From: Leptolyngbyaceae cyanobacterium
Lineage (GTDB): Bacteria > Cyanobacteriota > Cyanobacteriia > Phormidesmidales > Phormidesmidaceae
DNA: 64,000 nt
Direction: 5' to 3'
Assembly (NCBI GenBank): GCA_050331235.1
Contig: JBHJHA010000036.1
Coordinates: forward strand, 32,001-96,000
Part shown: piece after piece, positions 20,902 to 29,464 of the stretch
Position numbering within the stretch: the first letter of the stretch is position 1
Layout: each line of letters starts with the position of its first letter
Translations under genes and position numbers: made by a program
Notes under the pieces: generated by a model
Databases searched by the model: none
Seen by the model: the letters and a program-made list of their open reading frames with translations, nothing else
Told to the model about the DNA's origin: nothing

Positions 20902-22596
20902 TTACAAAGTATCGGCCGATGTCAATATTTGGGCGCGTTTCCAACCGCCCCAGCGGCGGAGGGCAGTGACACCGACCAATAGCAAGTCGGCACTGACGAC
21001 CCCGGCAATTAACAGCTCCGAGCCGCCGGTGCCAAAGCCGTAACTATGTAGACCTGTGCCCAGTACAAAGTTGACGCCATACCAAGCCATCAGCACAGCA
21101 TTGAATGACACAATGCTAGCGACATGGATGCCGAAGTCACCGATCCAGCCGACTAAACGCCCATGCAGAGGGGCAAGGTAGCAAAGCAAGGCTATGAGCG
21201 CCCAGGTTTCCTTTGGATCCCAACCCCAAAAGCGACCCCAAGAAAAATGAGCCCAAATCCCCCCGAGGATAATGCCAGCGGTGAGTAATAGCACCCCGAC
21301 TTGCAAAACGCGGTAGTTGAGCTGGGATAGAACTTTGAGGCGCTGGCTAGCCTGGGGGGTAAACAGATAATTGAATAAAGCTACATGGCCGACTCCCAGT
21401 GCCAAAGCGAAACTCGCATAGCTGAGGGTGATGGTGGGAACGTGGATGCTGAGCCAAAAGTTATCTCGCAGTACAGGCACTAAGGGCGCAATGCTCGGAT
21501 CGAGTACGGCGGGCAAACTGTCAGCTAACACCAAACAAACCACGGAGAGGGGGGCGGCGGCCAATAGGTAAAACCGCTTGCGAGAAAAGACCTCCAGCAA
21601 CAGGGCGATCGCCGTAATACCAAAACCACACCACACCACTGATTCGTACATGTTGGTGACCGGTGGGCGATCGGCAATCTGCATCCGCAGGAAAAAGCCG
21701 TAGCTTTGGACTGCAATCCCCGCTGTAAATAATCCAATGGCTGACCAGTAAATGGGCCAGCGCTGCATCCACTGACTGGTCAACAGCACCACAAAGGCGA
21801 TCGCATAGAGCTGCCAAGCTTTAGCAAACGGATGGAAATGGTTGAAATGGACTTCGCGCGCCATGATGCCATCAGTGGGATAAACTCCAGGACTAAGCTG
21901 CTGAAGTCCTGACTTAAGATCGGTGGTAAAGGCGCTAATCATGGGCACATGGGTCAAACCGCCTTGCAACAGTGCCTGCTGCATCGTGGTAAAGGTGGCG
22001 AGGAGAGGCGCCACCGACTCGGGACTGTAGAGCTGGGTAGCTCCCTCCAAGCCGACCCACTTACCTTTGCGATCACTGGGGTGGGGCACAATTGGTAAGC
22101 CACGATCGCTGACTGACTGATACAGCAGATTGAGCCGGTCTTCAACAGTCAAAGCTTCTCGTTCATTGCGACTGAGATCGAGCTCATTCAGTTCCTTTTG
22201 ATGGGCGCTGCTGACAATGGTCCCGAGTTCTCGATTTGCCATCAATTCCTGAAAGCTGAAATGTTTACGCTCGAGGGACAGTCCAGCCACCTCCTTTAAG
22301 GGCCGATAGTTTACCAGCACAAAAGGTTCCTCATTCCAGTTGCGAGTGTTGAACCACATCGCGAGATAAGTGCTGAGCGCTCTTTCGCGGGTGCCATCGG
22401 TGTGTTTATAAGTGGTTGAACCGTTGATTTTGGCGACGGTTTCCTGGGCCACCGTATCCAAGGGCTTCTTCCGTCCGTCTAGCTGCACTGCGAGCGATCG
22501 CAGCGACGCTAATCCATCCGGTTGCCACTGACTGACGGGCAACACCAGTAGCAAGCAACCAAGAATTAAACCGATGAAAAACGTAATCAGTTTCAT
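20902..22596 (-). CDS. ccsA: System II cytochrome c synthase CcsA-like protein with long N-terminal extracytoplasmic domain
   Basis: WWD domain WAHFSWGRFWGWDPKETW, PVLRDNFWLSIH, GLHSYG, PVTNMYES; N-terminal GRKKPLDT. Confidence 0.9.
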   Translation of the reverse strand: MKLITFFIGLILGCLLLVLPVSQWQPDGLASLRSLAVQLDGRKKPLDTVAQETVAKINGSTTYKHTDGTRERALSTYLAMWFNTRNWNEEPFVLVNYRPLKEVAGLSLERKHFSFQELMANRELGTIVSSAHQKELNELDLSRNEREALTVEDRLNLLYQSVSDRGLPIVPHPSDRKGKWVGLEGATQLYSPESVAPLLATFTTMQQALLQGGLTHVPMISAFTTDLKSGLQQLSPGVYPTDGIMAREVHFNHFHPFAKAWQLYAIAFVVLLTSQWMQRWPIYWSAIGLFTAGIAVQSYGFFLRMQIADRPPVTNMYESVVWCGFGITAIALLLEVFSRKRFYLLAAAPLSVVCLVLADSLPAVLDPSIAPLVPVLRDNFWLSIHVPTITLSYASFALALGVGHVALFNYLFTPQASQRLKVLSQLNYRVLQVGVLLLTAGIILGGIWAHFSWGRFWGWDPKETWALIALLCYLAPLHGRLVGWIGDFGIHVASIVSFNAVLMAWYGVNFVLGTGLHSYGFGTGGSELLIAGVVSADLLLVGVTALRRWGGWKRAQILTSADTL

Positions 22597-22686
22597 AGGG
22601 CCAGCGATATTCAACAAAGATCAGGGCTATAAATTTGCGTGGGCGATCGCCCGGTGAACGGTTGTGGTGACAGTGCGATGCATTCG

Positions 22687-24498
22687 TTACTTGCCAAACA
22701 CCGCTAAAATTGGAATTGTTCCGCCAGTTTCCTCGGGCACCTCTTCCGCGACCGATGGGGCCTCGTCGGGGGAGGGCGATCGCCACCATTGGCGCCACCG
22801 CTTGAGCAAACTAGGTCCGTAAAACATGGTGGCGATACCCAGGACGACCAGCAACGAGCCGGTCCAAGTCAGGGCCGTGACCCACCAAGGTTCGCGCTTG
22901 AGCTGCAGAGTTGACTGCTGCAGGTCCCCCGGATTCCAAGACGCTTGGGCGAGCTTCCAACCCCGAAACCAAGTGGGGTGATTCATCCATACTGAGCGCT
23001 GTACTGCCGTATCCGTTTGCGGGTCAAACAGGGTCAAATCACTGGTCCACATGGCGACCGACTCGCTACCCTCGTTGCGCTCCACGATGAAATCGTTTAG
23101 CTTGACGTAAAACGGTAGCTCGAGCAGCTTGGGGCTAAACGCGGCAAAATATTGCCCAGCACTGGTTTCGAGGACTTTTGGTTCTCCCCAGGGGAGCCAA
23201 AAGTCCTCGCCCTCGGCGGTCGCTATGTGCAGCGCCGGAGTCCCTTCATTCGGGCGGGCATTGGCTGCAACCGGCATCACCGGTACAATCTGTCGCTGCA
23301 CCTGTGCGTGGTCAAGTTGTTCGACCAGCGTAATTTGAAAATCGGCCCAGCCCGGAATGACGGCTTCCCCGGGCTGGAATTTGCCCGTGCTGAAACCCTG
23401 GGCAGACGCGGCGGCGAAATACAGGTCCTGCCCAGGCGTTGTCACGATGCGAAAATAATCCGTAGGAGTCGCTACCGGCGGCTTATAGGCGATCGCTATC
23501 TCAATCCCGTCGTCCGAGCGTACCGGAGGCAGCCCTGGGTTGCCAAAGACAAACCATCGTTCCTGTTGACTTTCCTGGGAGACTAACAACTGCACCGCTG
23601 GATTGCGAAACTGCTCGGAGGCTGATGTGGGCTGCCCATCACCATTCAGGCGAAAATCGGGCCAGACAGCGGTGACTTCGACGTTGGTCCCCTCCTCCAA
23701 CGTGAGGGACTGTCCCTGGATTTGAGCGATATCAAAGTGGCGATCGCGCTGCTTAGCCGCAACGATGGCTATCTCGCCGAGGGGATGCTCAACCTCGGCG
23801 GGTGGACTCAACCACCGCTGCTGCTCAGCAGCATCGCCGACGGACACAATTTCAAAATGGGCAGGACCGATGTCTAACTGGCTATATCCTGCGGGAGCGA
23901 CGGCTAGCCAGCGGTCCAACGTTTGACCCATGCGATCGCTGTGCAGCTGAATCTTGACGGCTGGATTAGGAACCGTGCCCGTATTGTCAAACGCGACGGT
24001 CTTGATGGCGTTGTCGCTATAGCCCAGCAGCGAGAGCCCCGCAAATTGCTGAGGATATACTGACCCATCAGAACGCACAAAAATATCACTTTGCTGGCGG
24101 GTGCGATCGGGTGCAACGACTTCCAGCAGGTCACCCTGAATGCGAATTTGGGACCCTGGACCAGCATCCGTGCGTACGAGCAGCATCCCTTCCGTACTGA
24201 GATGAATTACAGCGGCTGAGCCAGCGATGATGATGACTAGGCCCCAGTGGGTTAAGGCAAAGCCCACCTTGCGGGGACCTTTCCAAGGCCAGCGGTTCAG
24301 GGTCGAGAGACCCAAATTAACTGCTAACAAAAACATCAGAGCGCCAAACCAAGCGCTCTTATAAATCTCTCGTTGAACGGTGAGTGGACCCACATTTGAT
24401 TCATAAAAAGTAGCACCAATCAAGATGACAGAAATCACTGTCAAGAGTGGTACTGCTAATCGAATAGAGCCTAAATATTGGATGAGTCGAGACTTCAT
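22687..24498 (-). CDS. ResB/CcsB-like cytochrome c biogenesis protein
   Basis: LGSIRLAV, IYKSAWF..L..LLAVNL, GFALTHWG (conserved His), MNHP..FRGWKL.QASW, C-terminal TM. Confidence 0.85.
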   Translation of the reverse strand: MKSRLIQYLGSIRLAVPLLTVISVILIGATFYESNVGPLTVQREIYKSAWFGALMFLLAVNLGLSTLNRWPWKGPRKVGFALTHWGLVIIIAGSAAVIHLSTEGMLLVRTDAGPGSQIRIQGDLLEVVAPDRTRQQSDIFVRSDGSVYPQQFAGLSLLGYSDNAIKTVAFDNTGTVPNPAVKIQLHSDRMGQTLDRWLAVAPAGYSQLDIGPAHFEIVSVGDAAEQQRWLSPPAEVEHPLGEIAIVAAKQRDRHFDIAQIQGQSLTLEEGTNVEVTAVWPDFRLNGDGQPTSASEQFRNPAVQLLVSQESQQERWFVFGNPGLPPVRSDDGIEIAIAYKPPVATPTDYFRIVTTPGQDLYFAAASAQGFSTGKFQPGEAVIPGWADFQITLVEQLDHAQVQRQIVPVMPVAANARPNEGTPALHIATAEGEDFWLPWGEPKVLETSAGQYFAAFSPKLLELPFYVKLNDFIVERNEGSESVAMWTSDLTLFDPQTDTAVQRSVWMNHPTWFRGWKLAQASWNPGDLQQSTLQLKREPWWVTALTWTGSLLVVLGIATMFYGPSLLKRWRQWWRSPSPDEAPSVAEEVPEETGGTIPILAVFGK

Positions 24499-24560
24499 AT
24501 TTAGAAGAGATACCGCAGAAACTCGTATTCCAAATCATTCATTCGCTTTCCAATAGTTTT

Positions 24561-24628
24561 TGTAAAAAGCATCACAAAAATAAATTAATTGGTGCGGAAA
24601 GCGATCGTGACCCATGCGAAAACCGCAT
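24561..24628 (-). promoter_or_regulatory. Leftward promoter: NtcA-like box plus LysR (NtcB-like) palindrome
   Basis: Minus strand GTG-N8-TAC at 24575-24562; perfect ATGCG-N5-CGCAT at 24614-24628; centres 52.5 bp apart. The -10 at the N22 position is only AATGAT. Confidence 0.55.
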
Positions 24629-24752
24629 CGATCATCCTAAAAATATATCTAAGACGCCTTTAAAATTCCTCCTTCAGAAGGATTTTTGAGTCGTCTTTAG
24701 AGATCGAAAGCTAACTCGATAACCGGATATGTACTGAATAAACGTATCAAAA

Positions 24753-24847
24753 ATGCATTTATTGCATCGAATCAATGCGTTAAGCGTATGGTTTTTATGG
24801 GAATTGTGCTTGGTTTTACAAAACAAGAAATATACCTTCTCTATTGT
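24753..24847 (+). promoter_or_regulatory. Rightward promoter: LysR (NtcB-like) palindromes, NtcA-like box and -10
   Basis: ATGCA-N5-TGCAT (24753-67), second ATGCG-N5-CGTAT (24775-89), GTG-N8-TAC (24806-19), then N22, then TATTGT (TAN3T, 24842-47). Confidence 0.7.
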
Positions 24848-25128
24848 CAAGTCCATGGTTCTGTTTTTGGTTTGCGAAAGAAAATCACGCTTTCGCTCTG
24901 AATATTTGAAGTCAGAGTCCGCGTCTGGCTTTCGAAATTTAGACGGTTTTGCAGTTGAATTTTTTGTTGATTGAGTATTGCCGTTCAGAGATTGCTTCAG
25001 GGTTGATTGGTTTTTCGGCTTCTGGCGCTGGAATTTGATTGTTCTGTTGGGTGCGATTTTTGGCGGTCTAGCTACTCAATGACTGTGTTTTTCTTTGGGA
25101 TATAGAGTTTCTTGGGAGACAGGGATTA

Positions 25129-26150
25129 ATGGTTTCAAGTACGAATGACGCGTCTGAGGAGAAAGGATTACAGGTTAGCTATTGGAGCGTAGCTTTGAGA
25201 AGGTGACTCCCCGAGCCGATGATTTTGTAGCGAGCTTTTACAGCAATCTATTCGCTGATTATCCAGACGCGAAGCCGCTGTTTGCCCACACCAATATGGC
25301 TAAGCAGCAGAAAATGCTGCTGGAATCTCTTGTCTTTGTTGTCGAGAATTTGCGCCAGCCCGAGGCTTTGTCGGGGGCTCTTCAGGGCCTCGGTGCCCGG
25401 CATATGAAATATGGGGCGCTGCCTGAGCATTATCCGTTGGTGGGCAACTCGCTGCTCAAAACGTTTAGCCAGTACTTGGGAAATGATTGGACTCCAGAAA
25501 CTCAGCAGGCTTGGGCTGAGGCTTATGGAGCGATTACGATGCTCATGTTGGAGGGGGCCGATTACGCCCCAGAGCAAGTCCAGTTGGAGCCGCCGGCTGA
25601 GGTGGATGAAGCCACAGGACTCAAGATTCAGCTGCTGGAAGAGAGCTTTGGTAAGGTGGCTCCCCAGGCTGATGCGTTTGTCGGCAGTTTTTACGACAAC
25701 TTATTCACGGACTACCCAGCCGCTAAGCCTTTATTTACCCATACCAATATGGGCAAGCAGAAAAAGATGCTGCTGGAGTCTTTGGTGTTTGTTATCGAAA
25801 ACCTGCGCCAGCCCGGGAAACTGACCGAGGCTTTGAAGGGGCTCGGCACTCGCCATGTGCAGTACGGCGCTTTGCCCGATCACTATCCGCTGGTGGGCAA
25901 CTCGTTGCTCAAGACCTTTGAGCAGTACCTCGGTAGTGACTGGACTGATGAAGTGAAGCAGGCCTGGGTGGATGCCTATGGTCTTATCACAACGGTCATG
26001 TTGGAAGGCGCTGATTATGATCGAGCCTCTGTCCAGCTACCCTCTACAGCTACGCTCGAAGCGCCAGAAAGCAACATCAATATGGGGGCAGCAGCCGGTA
26101 TTGCTGGCGGCGGCCTGATTGCCTTGATTGCGCTGATCTTGCTGGTCTAA
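25129..26150 (+). CDS. Tandem two-domain globin (flavohemoglobin/Vgb-type globin fold) with C-terminal TM anchor; apparent 1-bp frameshift at about 25177
   Basis: Two near-identical domains (FY..LF.DYP.AKPLF.HTNM.KQ.KML; LG.RH..YGALP.HYPLVG) and a hydrophobic tail. ATG 25129 with RBS is out of frame with the body, which is open only from TTG 25182. Confidence 0.85.
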
Positions 26151-26177
26151 GTCGAGGATGCACACGGAGCAAGATTG

Positions 26178-26822
26178 ATGGCTTTGAGAAGCCGAATACT
26201 GAGGGGGCGATCGCTCCTGACTCTGAGAACGGCAATCGTCCTCGTTTGCATTATCCTGGTGGGCTGGTTTGGTGCGGCGTTTGCCCTGGACAACAAGCAG
26301 GCGTTCTTGCCAGGGGAGACCTCAGTCGGTCACTACCTGTTTGAAACGTCCTGCAGTTCTTGTCACGAAGGGTTTAAGCCCGTGAGTAACGACACCTGCA
26401 TGCGCTGTCATGAGGCGGAGATGGCTGAGGATAAGCACGGTGCGGCTAAGTTCCGGGATCCTCGGTGGGCGGGGGAGCTGCAAAAGATTGAAGCGCTGAC
26501 TTGCACCACTTGCCATAACGAGCATGTCCACATGTTTGGACGGGGGGTCCATTTGCAGCCCGATCTATGTATGAACTGCCACCAAGGCATCATTGAGGGC
26601 GATCTCAAGAGTCATGACGGCTTTGCCGCCGATGGGTGTTGGACGGCGGGCTGCCACAACTACCACGATCACCGCTCAATTTCGACTGGGTTTTTGATTG
26701 AAAATGTTGACCAACCGCCCATGCTGCCGGTGCAGCTGTTACCTGATCGAATCGTTTTAACCCAGGTGTATAGGGCACCGAGTCCTGATCTAAGTGACGC
26801 CTTTTTGCAAGGGGGGGCATGA
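26178..26822 (+). CDS. Pentaheme cytochrome c (4 CXXCH + 1 CX4CH), N-terminal TM/signal
   Basis: CSSCH, CMRCH, CTTCH, CMNCH, CWTAGCH. Confidence 0.88.
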   Translation: MALRSRILRGRSLLTLRTAIVLVCIILVGWFGAAFALDNKQAFLPGETSVGHYLFETSCSSCHEGFKPVSNDTCMRCHEAEMAEDKHGAAKFRDPRWAGELQKIEALTCTTCHNEHVHMFGRGVHLQPDLCMNCHQGIIEGDLKSHDGFAADGCWTAGCHNYHDHRSISTGFLIENVDQPPMLPVQLLPDRIVLTQVYRAPSPDLSDAFLQGGA

Positions 26823-27631
26823 TGTTGCAGCGACTCTGGGGTCGAGCGATCGCCCTGATGGTATTGCCGCTATTGCTATTGGGCAATGGGGGCCTGCCAG
26901 CCCAGGCTAACCCTGTTGATCGCGCTCAAGTTGAGACCGTTACTCAGCTTTGGCAAACCAGTGCCCATGCCCTGAATGAAATTAACTGCTCCAGTTGTCA
27001 TGAATCATCCGCGACTCAGGAATTTGTGGCCCGCCCGGGCGTCGAAAGTTGTCAATCCTGTCATCAGCAAGACGTCGATACCTTCTTACTCGGTAAGCAC
27101 GGCATTCGGCTGCTGGAGGGTGATACGCCCCTCACGCCCGCGATGGCTCGTCTGCCGATGCAGCCCGACGTGATGAACCAGCCCATGACCTGCAATAGCT
27201 GTCACGACGTTCACTCGGTCAATACCATGCAGGCGGCGGTCGATTCTTGCTTGGGGTGCCACAGCGACTCGCACTCGTTGAACTACGGTGATTCCCGCCA
27301 TGCGGACCTGTTTGCCGCTGATCGCGACTTGCCGCGCCCCTCGGCGACCTCGGTGAGCTGTGCTACCTGCCACCTGCCGCGTCATCAGACTGGGACGGGC
27401 GATAGCGCAGTTACGCTGATCAATCACAACAATACCTACACGCTGCTCCCCCGCGATCGCATGGTCAAGGACGTGTGCATGAATTGCCACGGTATGGAGT
27501 ACAGCTACAACAGCATTTTTGACGATGACCTCGTGGAGGCAAATTTTAACGCCCCACCGACCCTTGCCCTAAAAACTTTTGACCTTGTCCGGGCGTTTGA
27601 AGAGCGTCGCACTGATCAGGGTGAGAGTTAG
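26819..27631 (+). CDS. Hexaheme cytochrome c, exported
   Basis: Signal peptide ending AQA; CSSCH, CQSCH, CNSCH, CLGCH, CATCH, CMNCH; ATGA overlap with the upstream gene. Confidence 0.9.
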   Translation: MMLQRLWGRAIALMVLPLLLLGNGGLPAQANPVDRAQVETVTQLWQTSAHALNEINCSSCHESSATQEFVARPGVESCQSCHQQDVDTFLLGKHGIRLLEGDTPLTPAMARLPMQPDVMNQPMTCNSCHDVHSVNTMQAAVDSCLGCHSDSHSLNYGDSRHADLFAADRDLPRPSATSVSCATCHLPRHQTGTGDSAVTLINHNNTYTLLPRDRMVKDVCMNCHGMEYSYNSIFDDDLVEANFNAPPTLALKTFDLVRAFEERRTDQGES

Positions 27632-27776
27632 GGCGATCGTCAAATTCAACGTTCGCATCGACGAACAATTGCGCACATCGCGATCGCATCACCTTCGCAC
27701 AATTTCACGTTTCACGTTTGGCAGTTTCTGATTCTAAACAGAGGAGAAAAAGGATATGACACTTGTAGGAAGATGT

Positions 27777-28409
27777 ATGAATACCCTGCGAACTCGCACG
27801 GTCGCTTTCATCGCGATCATCATGGCGGTTGCCGTTACTGCGATCTCTTGTAGCAGCAGCGGCACAACTGCAACCGCCGCCCCCGGCATCTCGCCCGAGT
27901 TGGTGGCTGATTACATTCACACGGTTATGGAGGCTGACCGCACTGCCTATACCAAGCACGTGGTCAACCGCGCCACCATGCTAGAAGGCAAAGAAAAGGC
28001 CGACGGCGTAGTTCCGGTTGAAGCAACTGAGGCTTGGCAGCAAGGTGAGGGCATTCCCCTGCCCGCCCAAATGTTCCGTCTGGGCTCTGAGATTGCCAAC
28101 GAAAAAGGTTATTTCACTTACAACCTCATCTCACCTTGGTATATCAATGACAGCCACGCCCCTAAAGGCGAGTTTGAGGAAACCGCGGTCGAAACCATGA
28201 TCGAAACTGGTGAACCCGTCAAAGACTATCAAGAAATTGGCGGGCAGCAGTACTTCTCGGCGATGTACCCCGACAAGGCGGTGGCTGAGGCTTGTGTATC
28301 TTGCCACAACACCCATCCCATTCACCTGGAGCGCTATCCCGATAAGCAGTTCGAGATGGACGAGGTGATGGGCGGCATCGTCATCAACATTCCCCTAGAG
28401 GGAGCCTAA
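27777..28409 (+). CDS. DUF3365 (Tll0287-like) monoheme c lipoprotein
   Basis: Lipobox AISC, PLPAQMFR, PDKAVAEACVSCHN, GGIVINIPL; alternative start at 27756. Confidence 0.85.
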   Translation: MNTLRTRTVAFIAIIMAVAVTAISCSSSGTTATAAPGISPELVADYIHTVMEADRTAYTKHVVNRATMLEGKEKADGVVPVEATEAWQQGEGIPLPAQMFRLGSEIANEKGYFTYNLISPWYINDSHAPKGEFEETAVETMIETGEPVKDYQEIGGQQYFSAMYPDKAVAEACVSCHNTHPIHLERYPDKQFEMDEVMGGIVINIPLEGA

Positions 28410-28454
28410 CGCTAGTTCCAGACGACTAGCACTTCACATCTCCTAGTGAAACCA

Positions 28455-28492
28455 CCGGAGAGGTTAATGGCCCGCGCCGTTGGCCTCTCCGG
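28455..28492 (+). terminator. Intergenic stem-loop (terminator or mRNA-stabilising hairpin)
   Basis: CCGGAGAGGTTAATGG-CCCGCG-CCGTTGGCCTCTCCGG, 16-bp stem with G-U pairs, no U tract. Confidence 0.5.
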
Positions 28493-28647
28493 GGCCACGA
28501 TACCTACATTGAGCCTCCGCACTAGGTTTCTTTCGTCTGTTGGCAACGGTGACAGCGCCGTGATGGAGGCACCTGGAGTCGCTTAATGTGCCTTCAGGTG
28601 CTCCCTTAAACATATTTTTATTAGGACACTTACAGCCGGTTTGAGCC

Positions 28648-29376
28648 ATGAGTAGATCGCCTCGACCTCAGCATGTAGATCCCCCGTCTAATCAGCACTC
28701 CATCGAGTCACATGAGCCGCGGGTGGCCGATGCGGTGGCGGCGATCGCCCCCCAAAGGCAAAGGGCCTTTAAGCCGCGGGGTATCAAACCCAGCTTTAAG
28801 GTCCTGATCGGCCTGACATTGCTGACAGCGCTGCTGCTGACCCCATTTGTCGTGAGTGATCTATATCTCGATGCGCTTAGGGCGCGATCGTTTGATTTGC
28901 ATCAGTTTATCCGGGGGGAACTGTACAAGCAGTCGACCGGCTACGGAGCTTTGGTCTTGGTGTTAGTTGAGATGCTACTGACGGTGCGCAAGCGCGGTGG
29001 TGGCTGGCTGGCTCGGATCAAACTGCCAGGCTCAATGTTGATATGGCGGAGTACCCACATTTTTCTGGGCGTAGGGTTGCTGGGATTAGTGCTGGTGCAT
29101 ACTTTGGGCGCTAACGGCCTGAACTTTAACGCCATCTTTCTCTGGGTATTTTTTGCGACGACTTTGACGGCGTTGGTCGGCGTGGTCGCTGAAACTGGCA
29201 TTTTGGAATCCACCCAGAGCTACTTTGGCAAACTGCCGGGGTCAAACGTGGCTTTAACGAAAGGGCCACTCATTCGCGGGTTGAGAGCCATTTGGCTGAC
29301 TAGCCATATCTTTTTTGTGGCTGTCTTTGGTGTGATGCTGATTTTTCACATTGCGCTGGCTTACTACTATCAGTGA
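28648..29376 (+). CDS. Integral membrane protein, putative di-heme b (ferric-reductase-like TM) subunit
   Basis: About 5 TMs; two His pairs each 14 residues apart (STHIFLG...LVH; SHIFF...IFH). Confidence 0.7.
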   Translation: MSRSPRPQHVDPPSNQHSIESHEPRVADAVAAIAPQRQRAFKPRGIKPSFKVLIGLTLLTALLLTPFVVSDLYLDALRARSFDLHQFIRGELYKQSTGYGALVLVLVEMLLTVRKRGGGWLARIKLPGSMLIWRSTHIFLGVGLLGLVLVHTLGANGLNFNAIFLWVFFATTLTALVGVVAETGILESTQSYFGKLPGSNVALTKGPLIRGLRAIWLTSHIFFVAVFGVMLIFHIALAYYYQ

Positions 29377-29464
29377 AGACGCTGACTTATTTAGCACGCT
29401 GGTTGGGTAAACGGGTGGAGTCTTGGGTGTCGCATTTTGTGTTGGTGTATTACGGATAGAGGCT

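Noticed and set aside
24753..24767. NsrR (Rrf2) operator
   Set aside because: Half-site spacing is N5, shorter than the enterobacterial NsrR box as I recall it; LysR geometry with the NtcA box fits better.
26178..27631. NrfA or HAO assignment for the multiheme cytochromes
   Set aside because: No CXXCK motif; sizes and heme counts (5 and 6 in 215-270 aa) do not fit NrfA or octaheme HAO.
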